Positions 20,845 through 30,141 of a DNA stretch of 39,982 nucleotides are shown in pieces. Where the stretch lies: NCBI GenBank assembly GCA_041746255.1, contig JBGTHM010000119.1:1-39982 (forward strand), in the 5' to 3' direction. The position numbers and the translations under genes are program-made. The DNA is from Fibrobacteria bacterium. Lineage in GTDB: Bacteria > Fibrobacterota > Fibrobacteria > UBA11236. Position 1 is the first letter of the stretch. The number at the start of each line of letters is the position of its first letter. The notes under the pieces were generated by a model. The model saw nothing but the letters and a program-made list of their open reading frames with translations, had not been told where the DNA came from and did not search any database.

Positions 20845-22232
20845 CGCTTTACTCCCTTTTGTGGACCGCACTGTGGCCTTTACTTCGTTTGCTGGCCCGT
20901 TGCGAAGCCGTCGCGCGCAAAATCGGGTTTTCTCCCTGGCCGGAAAGCTGGGCCCTGAGCCGGCGCATGGCTTCGGAGCAGGGTTCGCCGCATGTGCTTT
21001 TTCCAACATCTGCGCCTCAAAGGGAGGTTTTGTGGATCCACTGCGCCTCTCTGGGAGAAGCAAAAGGCGTAGCGGGAATGTTACCTAACCTAGAGGATAA
21101 GGCGGCGGAGATTCTGCTTACGGCGGGCACCCTCACCGGTCTCGAATTTTTACGCGGGGAAGCCGCGCTAAGATTCGGCCATCGCGAAAAGTCGCCTCGG
21201 GTTCGGGTGGAAATGGCGCCGTTCGACCACCTTCCCCATGTCGGGAAATTTCTCGACGGTAACCGCGTGGCCGTCCTTTGCCTATACGAGGTGGAAATCT
21301 GGCCGCATTACCTGCGAGCTTGCCGGGAAAGGAATATTCCCGTTCTGCTGGCCGCGGCGCGTCTTTCCTCCCGGGCTTATGCCCGCCTTCGCCCCTTCAC
21401 CCAGCTCTATGCCCGCTTATTGGGATCTCTCGATTTTATCCAAACCCAAAGTGAAGCGGATACCCAAAGGTTTCAGGCCCTGGGCGTGAAACCGCCCCTG
21501 GGCTTGGAAACGGGTGCGGATTTCCGGTTGCTGCATTATCTCCAACGGGCGTCGGCAACGACGGACGCGGGGAAGTTACCTGGATTGCCAGGGCAGGGAA
21601 GGGGATTCGCCTTCATCTCCCTACACCTTGCCGAACTCCGCATCTTGCTTCCGACCCTGCGCGCCTTTCCATCCCAGGTGCCGGTGTGGGTTTTCCCCCG
21701 TCTGCCCCAAGAATTAAATCGTTTCCGCAAGCTTTTGCATCCCTTAGGGTTTAGGGATTTTTCGGGCGATTCGGTTGAAGAAACCCTCGACCCCAACACG
21801 CGCTTGGGGCGGGAAACGCTGCAGGGCCCTCGGCTGTTGGTTTGCAGGTGGGGAATGGTCTCACCGCTGTTGACGTCCTGCTACGCCTGTTTCGTGGGCG
21901 GTAGCCTGATTGGCCGTGGTTGCCATAACTTATGGGAGCCCTGGCTGGCGGGATTACGGATTTGCTTCGGCCCTTCGCTGGAAAACCAGGAAACTCCCGC
22001 GCGATTCCTATTGGAGACGAAAGAGGGAGTTATTGTCCGGAGTCCGGATGAACTGAACCGTTATATACTCTCGATGCTTCCATTCATTGGAAGGGATAGG
22101 CTGAACCGGAGCCAGGTTGACTTTCCCGAAGGAATGCGAATCGACGCGCAGGCTGCGAATAAGCGTTTTGGGGAGGTAGTGAGCCGGGCCTTCGCGGAAT
22201 CGACTCGTAGAGCCATGCCGCAAATTTATTAG
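20832..22232 (+). CDS. waaA: Kdo transferase WaaA (divergent)
   Basis: N-terminal anchor, LWIHCASLGEA, APFD, YEVEIWP, ARLS, TQSEADTQRF, FVGGSL..HNLWEP, FGP. Start set at ATG 20832. Confidence 0.85.
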   Translation: MAALTLYSLLWTALWPLLRLLARCEAVARKIGFSPWPESWALSRRMASEQGSPHVLFPTSAPQREVLWIHCASLGEAKGVAGMLPNLEDKAAEILLTAGTLTGLEFLRGEAALRFGHREKSPRVRVEMAPFDHLPHVGKFLDGNRVAVLCLYEVEIWPHYLRACRERNIPVLLAAARLSSRAYARLRPFTQLYARLLGSLDFIQTQSEADTQRFQALGVKPPLGLETGADFRLLHYLQRASATTDAGKLPGLPGQGRGFAFISLHLAELRILLPTLRAFPSQVPVWVFPRLPQELNRFRKLLHPLGFRDFSGDSVEETLDPNTRLGRETLQGPRLLVCRWGMVSPLLTSCYACFVGGSLIGRGCHNLWEPWLAGLRICFGPSLENQETPARFLLETKEGVIVRSPDELNRYILSMLPFIGRDRLNRSQVDFPEGMRIDAQAANKRFGEVVSRAFAESTRRAMPQIY

Positions 22233-22286
22233 TTTCTGTGCAGCGGACGCCTCTACTGAGGCAGCCGGAAAGAGGAAAGGGCATCC

Positions 22287-23225
22287 GTGAAAATTTTTCT
22301 CGCTTCTCCCAGAGGATTTTGCGCCGGGGTCGACCGGGCCATCAGTATCGTGGAAGAGGCCTTGCGGAAATTCGGCAAACCGGTTTATGTTCGTCATGAA
22401 ATCGTGCATAATCAAGCCGTCGTTTCCCGTCTCAAGGAGAAGGGCGCCATTTTCGTGGAAGAGCTCGAAGAGGTTCCGGAAAAATCAGTGGCGATTTTTT
22501 CCGCCCATGGAGTGCCGCGCGCGGTGCATATCGAGGCGCAGGACCGCTCCTTGATTACGGTTGACGCCACTTGCCCCCTGGTTAAGCGCGTACACTCGTC
22601 GGTGATGCGGCATACCAGCAAGAATTTGCAGGTCGTACTCATTGGCCACCGGGGACACCCCGAAGTGGTGGGCACCATGGGACAGTTGCCGGATGGCCAG
22701 GTTCTCTTGGTGGAAACCCCGCAAGATGTGTGGAAACTGGAAGGAGTGGACGAAGAAAATCTGGCCTATACCACCCAAACCACGTTATCCATCGAAGAGA
22801 CGCGCGACGTTATTATCGAACTCAAGAAACGCTTTCCTCAAATCAAAGGACCCGACAAGGGTGATCTTTGCTATGCCACTACCAATAGGCAACGAGCCGT
22901 GCAGGAAATGGCGGTAATGGTGGACATGCTGCTGGTTATCGGTTCAGCGAACAGTTCCAACAGCAACCGGCTGCGCGAATTAGGCGAGCGCATCGGTAAA
23001 AAATCCTATCTCATCGACAGCCCCGTCGACCTGCGCGAGGAGTGGTTTGAAGGGGTGGAGAATATCGGCATTTCTTCGGGAGCCTCGGCGCCGGAAGACT
23101 TGGTACAGGACGTGGTCCGATGGATTAAGGCGCGCTACCCCGGCACCGAATCCGAAGATTACGTGATTCTCGAAGAAAACGTCCATTTCTCCCTGCCGGA
23201 AATTCTGCGTTCCTCTTCGAAGTGA
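22287..23225 (+). CDS. ispH: 4-hydroxy-3-methylbut-2-enyl diphosphate reductase
   Basis: PRGFCAGVDRAI, HEIVHN, DATCPLV, LCYATTNRQ, SSNSNRL, GASAPE. Confidence 0.98.
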   Translation: MKIFLASPRGFCAGVDRAISIVEEALRKFGKPVYVRHEIVHNQAVVSRLKEKGAIFVEELEEVPEKSVAIFSAHGVPRAVHIEAQDRSLITVDATCPLVKRVHSSVMRHTSKNLQVVLIGHRGHPEVVGTMGQLPDGQVLLVETPQDVWKLEGVDEENLAYTTQTTLSIEETRDVIIELKKRFPQIKGPDKGDLCYATTNRQRAVQEMAVMVDMLLVIGSANSSNSNRLRELGERIGKKSYLIDSPVDLREEWFEGVENIGISSGASAPEDLVQDVVRWIKARYPGTESEDYVILEENVHFSLPEILRSSSK

Positions 23226-24331
23226 ACGCTGTGGCCGAAGCGGAATCCCAGACCGACTTGATAAAGACGCTTGCCTTTTTCATCTCAGGGCATGGATACG
23301 GACATGGAGTGCGTCAAGCGGCCCTTATCAACGCGCTCCCGACGTCCATTCGCCCTTTCCTGTTTACCTCCCTGCCGAAATCCTTCTTTCGGGAAGAACT
23401 GGGGCGTGCATTCCGCTATCGAAAACTGGAAATCGATTGTGGGTGCATTCAACCCGATTCCGTGCATATCGATATTCCCGCAACGCTGGAAACCTATGCC
23501 TCCATTGAGGAAAACAGAAATCGATTGATTCCCGCTACGGCGGAAATTCTGCTTCAGGAAAAAATCGACGCCGTGGTGGGAGATATTCCGCCGCTGGCTT
23601 TTGCCATAGCCGATGCGGCGGGCCTGCCCTCATTAGCGGTGTCCAATTTCAACTGGGTCGATATTTACCGGCCCTATGTCGATTCCCATCCCCAATACGC
23701 CGATTTGCTGGGCCGCATGGAAACGGATTATGGGCTTGCCGGCAAGCACGGGAGGCTTTTTCCCGGAGTGCCGACCCGGGTATTCCGCGAAGAGGTTGAA
23801 ATGGGGCTTTTAAGCCGCCAGGGCCGGAATCGGCGCGAAGAATTGGCGCTTCGTCATGGTCTGGACGTGTCCAAGCGGTGGTGTCTGGTCTATATGGGGA
23901 GCTTCGGTATGCCCGGAATCCAGTGGGAAAACCTTTCCCGGCTGAATGACTGGGAATTTCTCGGTGTTTACCCCTTAGCCGGCGCAGCGCCCAATTACCA
24001 TCGGGTTCCGGTTTTTCCGGATTGTAATTATGCGGATTGGACCGCCAGCTGCGACCTGGTTTTAGGGAAATTGGGGTATGGTCTGGTTTCGGAATGTCTT
24101 CACCTGGGCAAAGCGGTTTTGTTCGTGGGAAGGCGCGACTTCGTGGAATTCGACTATTTGAAAGCGGAGCTGGAATCCAGAGGGCAGGGGTGGGAACTTA
24201 CCCTGGACCAGATTGCAGCATTGGATATTCGGCGTCCTTTGGAGGATATGGCATCCCGCCGTTTCGCAGCCATGCCCTCGGAGGCGGGGACTCACGTGGG
24301 TGCCTTGATAGGGGAAATGCTCCGGGAGTAG
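23222..24331 (+). CDS. GT-B fold glycosyltransferase-like protein
   Basis: FFISGHGYGHGVR, VGDIPPLAF, SNFNW, GKLGYGLVSEC, RRDFVE; GTGA overlap with ispH. Confidence 0.75.
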   Translation: MNAVAEAESQTDLIKTLAFFISGHGYGHGVRQAALINALPTSIRPFLFTSLPKSFFREELGRAFRYRKLEIDCGCIQPDSVHIDIPATLETYASIEENRNRLIPATAEILLQEKIDAVVGDIPPLAFAIADAAGLPSLAVSNFNWVDIYRPYVDSHPQYADLLGRMETDYGLAGKHGRLFPGVPTRVFREEVEMGLLSRQGRNRREELALRHGLDVSKRWCLVYMGSFGMPGIQWENLSRLNDWEFLGVYPLAGAAPNYHRVPVFPDCNYADWTASCDLVLGKLGYGLVSECLHLGKAVLFVGRRDFVEFDYLKAELESRGQGWELTLDQIAALDIRRPLEDMASRRFAAMPSEAGTHVGALIGEMLRE

Positions 24332-24333
24332 TC

Positions 24334-24362
24334 TTGGCAAACCCGCGGTGGATTAATAGATT
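24334..24362 (+). promoter_or_regulatory. Candidate sigma70 promoter for rpmB
   Basis: TTGGCA-17 nt-TAGATT, about 30 nt upstream of the start codon. Confidence 0.35.
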
Positions 24363-24391
24363 GGTCGTCCTGAAATTAAAGCGAGGCAAGA

Positions 24392-24631
24392 ATGAGCCGA
24401 ATTTGCGATGTTACCGGAAAAACCAATCAAGTGGGAATGCAAGTGTCCCATGCGATGAACCATACCAAAAAGGTATTTCAGCCCAATTTGCATAAAAAGC
24501 GCTTTTTCGTACCCGGCGACAATCGTTGGGTGACCTTGAAAGTCAGTAGTGCCGGACTGCGTTATATTGCCAAAAACGGCATTCATGCCGCATTGCGCCA
24601 AGCAGCCAAGCTTGCCAAACTCGGCCAATAA
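24392..24631 (+). CDS. rpmB: 50S ribosomal protein L28
   Basis: [45 protein letters not shown]. Confidence 0.97.
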   Translation: MSRICDVTGKTNQVGMQVSHAMNHTKKVFQPNLHKKRFFVPGDNRWVTLKVSSAGLRYIAKNGIHAALRQAAKLAKLGQ

Positions 24632-24664
24632 GCCTTTTACTTCGATTCCATCTCTTTGTTTCTC

Positions 24665-24696
24665 AAGTCCGTCGCTCCCAGCGACGGACTTTTTTT
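24665..24696 (+). terminator. Intrinsic terminator after rpmB
   Basis: Perfect stem AAGTCCGTCGCT-CCC-AGCGACGGACTT followed by a T tract. Confidence 0.9.
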
Positions 24697-24908
24697 ATGC
24701 ATTTCATCCCATCGACCTAGCTCACATTTACCATCAATTTCTCAAATTTTTCTAAGGATAATAGGAAGGGTAAAAACCAAGAAAACCCAAAATCGGGCCG
24801 TTACCGCTGAGTTTCCACCCTTTTCAGACAGCCTCTCCACTGCTTATATTCATTTCGCGCATTACCGCTACAAAAATTGAAAGAGTGCCGGAAAGAGGCC
24901 GATTAGCC

Positions 24909-26978
24909 ATGCAATTAAGTAAGAACGTTATCATTACCAAAAGGATATGTGATATCGTTATCGGTTTTTTCGGGACTATCGCGTTTCTTTCGCTCTATCC
25001 CCTTATCGCTCTGGCCATCAAATGGGAGTCGCGCGGCCCCATTCTCTATAGCCAGGAACGTATCGGTATCAACAAGCGGCGGCGTACCGTCCGAGCTGGA
25101 AAAATCGTCGAATCAATCTATCCCCGCGGCGAAGATTTCGGCGGTAGACCTTTCGCTATTTACAAATTTCGCAGTATGTTCACCGATGCCGAGGTGGCCG
25201 GTCCACAACTTTGCCAAAAGGGCCATGATCCACGTGTGACCCGGGTAGGCTGGTGGCTGCGCGCATTGCATCTGGACGAACTTCCGCAATTCTGGAACAT
25301 TCTCAAGGGTGATATGAGTTTTATCGGCCCGCGGCCGGAACGAGCCCATTTTACCCTGCAATTCGGGAAGACAATTCCGCATTACCAGCAACGTACCCTT
25401 TTCGTAAAACCCGGTTTGACGGGATTGGCACAGGTGGTTCTGGGATACGACGATTCCCTGGAAAGCGTGGTCCGCAAAACCTATTACGACTATTCGTACC
25501 GCGCATCCATGGGTAGCTTCGTCACCTGGATCAAGATGGAAGCGTGGGTTTATGTCCATACCGTCGGCTATCTGCTGCAGCCTTTGCGCCGTAGCGGCGA
25601 GGTCCGCGATTTGGACGGCCTGAAACGGGCGAAGGATCTTCCTTTTCGGGATCGAAATCCCGGTAAGGGAAATAACCTTAAAACCAGCGCGCGCATCAAT
25701 CTACAAGGGTCCATTCATCCGATTATCGTCACCGACCCGCTGCTCGACGGGCCGGGGAGAAACCTGGAAATAATTTTCACGCATAAAAATGAATTGGAGG
25801 TATGCTTCACTCCCACGGCCGATTTCGATTTGGAGGATATGGGTTTTCTTATCAACCTGGCCAATAAGGTCAAGGGGATTGGCGGAACCATCAGTATCAA
25901 GAACTCTAATCCCCGCATCGGCCGCATGATACGCGAAATTCACCTCGACAAGGTGGTTCGCATCAAGCAGGCTCCGGTTTCGGTGGTTAACTTTTTGACC
26001 GTGGACGTGGAATGCTGGTTTCATGCCTTCAATCTCAAGGATTTGGCGCCCCCGTCGACCTGGCATCAGCAAGAGACGCGGGTAGAGGCCAATGTCGAAA
26101 AAATCCTGAGATTGCTCGAAGCCCATAACACCAAAGCCACATTTTTCGTTTTAGGTTGGGTAGCCGACAGGTTTCCGGATATCGTGCGGATGATCGACAA
26201 AGGCGGCCATGAAATCGGCACGCATGGGTATTACCACATGCTCATCACCGACATGACTCCCACCAAATTCGAAGAGGATTTGGGCAAGTCGCTGGAAACG
26301 CTCGCGAAGCTTACCAGCCAGCGCATCATCGGCCATCGAGCCTCCAATTTCAGCGTAGTCAATTCGACCTTGTGGTCCTTGGAGCTGATGCGTAAGTTCG
26401 GGTTGGAATACGATTCCAGCATTTTTCCCATCAAGCGCGATCGATACGGCATACCCCATTATCCCAACCGGCTTCCGCATCGCATATTGCTTCCCAAGGG
26501 AAAGACCATGGCGGAATTCCCGATGTCTACTCTGGGTGTCGGAAAAAAGTTTCTGCCCATGTCCGGAGGCGGGTATCTCCGGCTATTCCCGCATCAGGTC
26601 ACGGAAAAGTTCATAGAATCAAAAAATCAAAAAGGCCATCCCGCCATGGTGTATTTCCACCCCTGGGAGCTTGACGTGGATCAGAAGAAGCTGAACGCCG
26701 GAATGATGAAAACCTTTCAACACTATGTCAATCTTCATACCACCGAGTGGAAATTGGATCGTTTGCTGGGGAATTTCCGCTTTGGTTCCGTGCGTGATAC
26801 CATGCAAACCAAGCGGGTACAATCCATGCTCAACCGCAATCCGGTCCGGGTATCGGGCGGCCGACTGGTGGCGCCGAATGAGGTGGTTATCAATGAAGCG
26901 GCTTCTGAGCACGTTCCCACACGTCCGGTGGAAACCCTGCCCAAGGTGAATAAGCACATCGCTCAACTCCGCGAATAG
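24909..26978 (+). CDS. Fusion: priming phosphoglycosyltransferase + STAS-like domain + XrtA/PEP-CTERM-type polysaccharide deacetylase (DUF3473)
   Basis: PGT: KRICDIV, YKFRSM, DPRVTRVG, LDELPQFWNILKGDMSFIGPRPE, KPGLTGLAQV. Middle: GFLINLANKVKGIGGTISIKNSNPRIGRMIREIHLDKVV. Deacetylase: TVDVE, ATFFVLGW, HEIGTHGYYH, YDSS, GGGYLRL, YFHPWELD. Confidence 0.88.
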   Translation: MQLSKNVIITKRICDIVIGFFGTIAFLSLYPLIALAIKWESRGPILYSQERIGINKRRRTVRAGKIVESIYPRGEDFGGRPFAIYKFRSMFTDAEVAGPQLCQKGHDPRVTRVGWWLRALHLDELPQFWNILKGDMSFIGPRPERAHFTLQFGKTIPHYQQRTLFVKPGLTGLAQVVLGYDDSLESVVRKTYYDYSYRASMGSFVTWIKMEAWVYVHTVGYLLQPLRRSGEVRDLDGLKRAKDLPFRDRNPGKGNNLKTSARINLQGSIHPIIVTDPLLDGPGRNLEIIFTHKNELEVCFTPTADFDLEDMGFLINLANKVKGIGGTISIKNSNPRIGRMIREIHLDKVVRIKQAPVSVVNFLTVDVECWFHAFNLKDLAPPSTWHQQETRVEANVEKILRLLEAHNTKATFFVLGWVADRFPDIVRMIDKGGHEIGTHGYYHMLITDMTPTKFEEDLGKSLETLAKLTSQRIIGHRASNFSVVNSTLWSLELMRKFGLEYDSSIFPIKRDRYGIPHYPNRLPHRILLPKGKTMAEFPMSTLGVGKKFLPMSGGGYLRLFPHQVTEKFIESKNQKGHPAMVYFHPWELDVDQKKLNAGMMKTFQHYVNLHTTEWKLDRLLGNFRFGSVRDTMQTKRVQSMLNRNPVRVSGGRLVAPNEVVINEAASEHVPTRPVETLPKVNKHIAQLRE

Positions 26979-27003
26979 CTCTCAGCCCTTATAAGTTACC
27001 GTG

Positions 27004-29232
27004 TCAGCGAGGGGTTTTGGCCTGGGAATCTCCCAGGGCGCCCGAGGGAACCTTTCCCCTTAATTCCGGAGACGCTTTCACGGCCCTTAGGTAAAAATCG
27101 GATGCTACCTTCGCTTCCCCGTCTTCATGGGCGAATGCTCCCGACCAGAACAGCGCCAGCGCATTGTTGGGGTTTTGTCCGAGCAAGAAGCTGAGAATCG
27201 ATTCCGCCATGTGCACATCTTTTTCATGCAGGCGGTAGGCTCTGGCCCGGTCGACGAATACCGTATCGGATTGCAGTCCCATATCAATGGCGCGTTGCAA
27301 TACGCCGGCAGCCTGCTTGAACTCCCCTGACTCCAGCAGGCAGCGGCCATAGCGACCGACGATTTGCTTATCAGCGTTCAGGTCTTCGGAGCGGGCCCGG
27401 AAATGCGCTAAAGCTTCCTGGTATTTCTCCTCGGCATAGAGGTGGTCGGCAAGAAAGGCATGGGCTTCGGGATTGCGGGCATCGAGATTAACCAAGTGCT
27501 GCGCCGCCTTGAAGGCTTCGCTGCGTCTTTCCAAGGCTCGCAATGCGGAAAAACTGCCTTTGGCCGCCGCCAGGTTTTTGTTGTCGGCGGCAAGCGCGGA
27601 GGCGAACGACTCGGCGGCGCGCCGCCAATCCTTTTCGGCGGCGTGGATTTCCGCCAAGTACAAATAGTCATGGGCATTACCCTTCAATACCGTAAGCGCT
27701 GCGGTCAAATAGCGTTTCGCTGCCGAGGCTTCTCCTTTGGCGGCCAGAAGGCGTCCATAGGTCAGATAAGTCCCCGCCACGGCGGAGTCAGGCGTCGTTG
27801 CGATTTTGGACAAGGCCTCACCAAAAAGATTAATCGCCTGCGCGGTATCGCCCTGGGTCAAATACAGGGACGCCAGACGGGTTTTGACGGTGGGATCGGA
27901 TTTTGCGGCCGGGTTTTTCAAATAATAGGCTTCAAAAGCTTTTACGGCCGCGTCCGTCCGTCCGAGCTGCATAGCGCACTCGGCTAAATCGATTTCGACT
28001 TCGGGAAAGGCTGTGCGGCTTTTTTCGAGATGGACTACGGCTTCCTGGCAGCGGCCAGTCGATTTCGCGATGCCTCCGAGCAGCTTGCCGGCTTTGGCCA
28101 GGAGAGCCTTATCGGTGATTTCCAGCAGCAGGGCTTCCGCAGTTTCGGTCTTTCCCTGCGCCGTCAGAGCCTCTCCCCATGCCAGGTATTGGGAATCGTT
28201 GGCAGCATGCCGGGAAGCATAAGCCAGCATATGCGTGCCCGCCTCCACCGGTTTCTGCTGCTTCAGCAAAGCGTCTATCACCAGGGTATGCACTACCTTA
28301 TCATCGGGATTGGATGTCAGCACCCCTTCTCCCAATGTGATAAGCATACCGGTTTCTTCCGGTCGGGCCGCCGCCACGAGGTTCAGGACAGCTTTGCGTC
28401 TGCCTATGAGCAGGGCGGGCTGGGCCTTGTCCGCTTGCGCCCCGGTTTTCAGCAGGTATTCCAGCGATTTCGTTCGCGCTTCCGAATGTTTGGAATCCAT
28501 CATCCAATAGGCGAGCCAGGCGGGATTGGCCCGCTCTGCCATACCCAAAGCATCAAAAGCTTCGGCGGCCTGTAATGCCAGGATTGGATGGGATGAGTGG
28601 AGGGGCAAGGCCTTGTCCAACAGGGAAAGGGTATTGTCCATGCGACGCAAGTGGGTAAAAACCTTAAGTGCGCGAAGGGTGAGTTCGGGATCCTGGGCTA
28701 AGAGCGGTATGTGGTCCGAGTAGAAATCAGCGGTGGAGCGCTCACTGCTTTTTTCCAACAATCGGCCTACTTCCGATAGGATGGTTATATCGGGTTTGAT
28801 CAGCAGGTATTTTTTCAGGCAATAGGTATGGAGACTATCCGATGTCTCGAAGGCCCGGCCGGCTTTCAAATACCAAGGGGCGGCCTCGTATTTTTCTTCG
28901 TTATTCATCAGGGCTTCCGCCATCATCATCATGGCCTGCGGCGATATCTGTTTAAGCTTCCTTAGGCTAACCAGCGATTCCAGCCATTCCCCTTTCAGGT
29001 GCAGCAAAGTAGCTTCGGCTTCGCGAAGGCGATCGTTCTCTCCGTGTCTGCGCAATTGATGACGGATGCTGGAGAGCATTTGCTCGGCGTTTTCGCCGGC
29101 AGTCCGTTCCCGCAACAATCTATCGACTTGCGCGTCCAGCGGAACGGTTTCTCCCAGGGCCGGGGCGAACATCAACAGGGCGCAGGTTAGCGCTGCCAGT
29201 CCCGTAAAGTGTCGGTGGGAACTAAAATTCAT
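27004..29232 (-). CDS. Exported tetratricopeptide-repeat protein
   Basis: GGAGGT RBS before ATG 29232; signal peptide MNFSSHRHFTGLAALTCALLMFAPALG; many Ala/Leu-rich TPR-like repeats (NPEAHAFLADHLYAEEKYQEALAHF). Confidence 0.82.
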   Translation of the reverse strand: MNFSSHRHFTGLAALTCALLMFAPALGETVPLDAQVDRLLRERTAGENAEQMLSSIRHQLRRHGENDRLREAEATLLHLKGEWLESLVSLRKLKQISPQAMMMMAEALMNNEEKYEAAPWYLKAGRAFETSDSLHTYCLKKYLLIKPDITILSEVGRLLEKSSERSTADFYSDHIPLLAQDPELTLRALKVFTHLRRMDNTLSLLDKALPLHSSHPILALQAAEAFDALGMAERANPAWLAYWMMDSKHSEARTKSLEYLLKTGAQADKAQPALLIGRRKAVLNLVAAARPEETGMLITLGEGVLTSNPDDKVVHTLVIDALLKQQKPVEAGTHMLAYASRHAANDSQYLAWGEALTAQGKTETAEALLLEITDKALLAKAGKLLGGIAKSTGRCQEAVVHLEKSRTAFPEVEIDLAECAMQLGRTDAAVKAFEAYYLKNPAAKSDPTVKTRLASLYLTQGDTAQAINLFGEALSKIATTPDSAVAGTYLTYGRLLAAKGEASAAKRYLTAALTVLKGNAHDYLYLAEIHAAEKDWRRAAESFASALAADNKNLAAAKGSFSALRALERRSEAFKAAQHLVNLDARNPEAHAFLADHLYAEEKYQEALAHFRARSEDLNADKQIVGRYGRCLLESGEFKQAAGVLQRAIDMGLQSDTVFVDRARAYRLHEKDVHMAESILSFLLGQNPNNALALFWSGAFAHEDGEAKVASDFYLRAVKASPELRGKVPSGALGDSQAKTPR

Positions 29233-29398
29233 GGTACCTCCAATGCGGCGGGCGGATATACCTCCAAGATAGGATTTTTCCGCTTTGGCTACATTCACCT
29301 TGTGATTGAGTAACTGGGTATTTTCGTGGCGATTTTAACATTTTGGAGGTGTTTGAAACAAGGTCAAGATGAAATTAGCGAATTCGATCTCCCCCGCA

Positions 29399-30043
29399 TC
29401 AAGCGAACTGTGCGAAGGACAAGGGCTGACCGTGCACGCTTTCCAAGGACTTCACGGCTTTGTCCATGGCTAAATCACTGTCCTGATATCTTTTACGAAG
29501 ACAGGTGCACAATACCTCTTTGAGAATTTCACAGTCATAAGTGGCGCGGTGCAACTCGGAAGGATCAACGGAAACGGTGATTTGCGAACCCAGTTTACGG
29601 GCGATTTCGCCCAGCCTATGCGAGGCGTATTCGGGCATGATTTTCTTAATGACCTTCAAGCTGTCGATGATGGGATTCTGCGGCATCACCAAGCCGTTTC
29701 GGCGGATGGCCTTGCACAGGAAAGCCGCGTCGAAGGAGGCGTTATGGGCCACGAGAATGGAGCTGAGACCGCAAAAGCGCAGAAACTTTTCGGCCACAGG
29801 CTTGAGCTGGGGAGCATTTTCCACCATTTCATTGGTGATTTTGTGGATACGCGTCGCTTCGGCGGGGATGAACATTCCCGGTTTGACCAGGCTGGAGTAT
29901 GTGCCCAGTGTGCGGGTGGCAAGCCTTCCCCCTATTTTTTCGAAGGTGAATTTAATTCCCGCCAATTCGACAATTTCATCTTTTTCGGGATCCAGCCCCG
30001 TGGTTTCGAGATCGAAGGCGACCATGGTGACGAAAGGAATCAT
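29399..30043 (-). CDS. DEDDh 3'-5' exonuclease (DnaQ/epsilon-like)
   Basis: ExoI FDLETTG, ExoII VAHNASFD, ExoIII HRATYD. Confidence 0.92.
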   Translation of the reverse strand: MIPFVTMVAFDLETTGLDPEKDEIVELAGIKFTFEKIGGRLATRTLGTYSSLVKPGMFIPAEATRIHKITNEMVENAPQLKPVAEKFLRFCGLSSILVAHNASFDAAFLCKAIRRNGLVMPQNPIIDSLKVIKKIMPEYASHRLGEIARKLGSQITVSVDPSELHRATYDCEILKEVLCTCLRKRYQDSDLAMDKAVKSLESVHGQPLSFAQFA

Positions 30044-30141
30044 CTCGGTTGAACTCCAGGTAGGGGAAGGTGGGAAGTATAAAAAACCTGAAAGGTGCGT
30101 AAAGGAAGCCCCGTTCCTGGCTTGATAATCGTCAATCCCTC

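Noticed and set aside
24392..24631. L28 lacking the zinc-ribbon cysteines as a zinc-starvation paralogue
   Set aside because: Cys-poor L28 is the normal form in many Gram-negative lineages, and no Zur box or second copy is visible.
29399..30043. DEDDh exonuclease as part of a defence system or as definite dnaQ
   Set aside because: No defence neighbours and no clear epsilon C-terminal alpha-binding tail; reported only as a family member.
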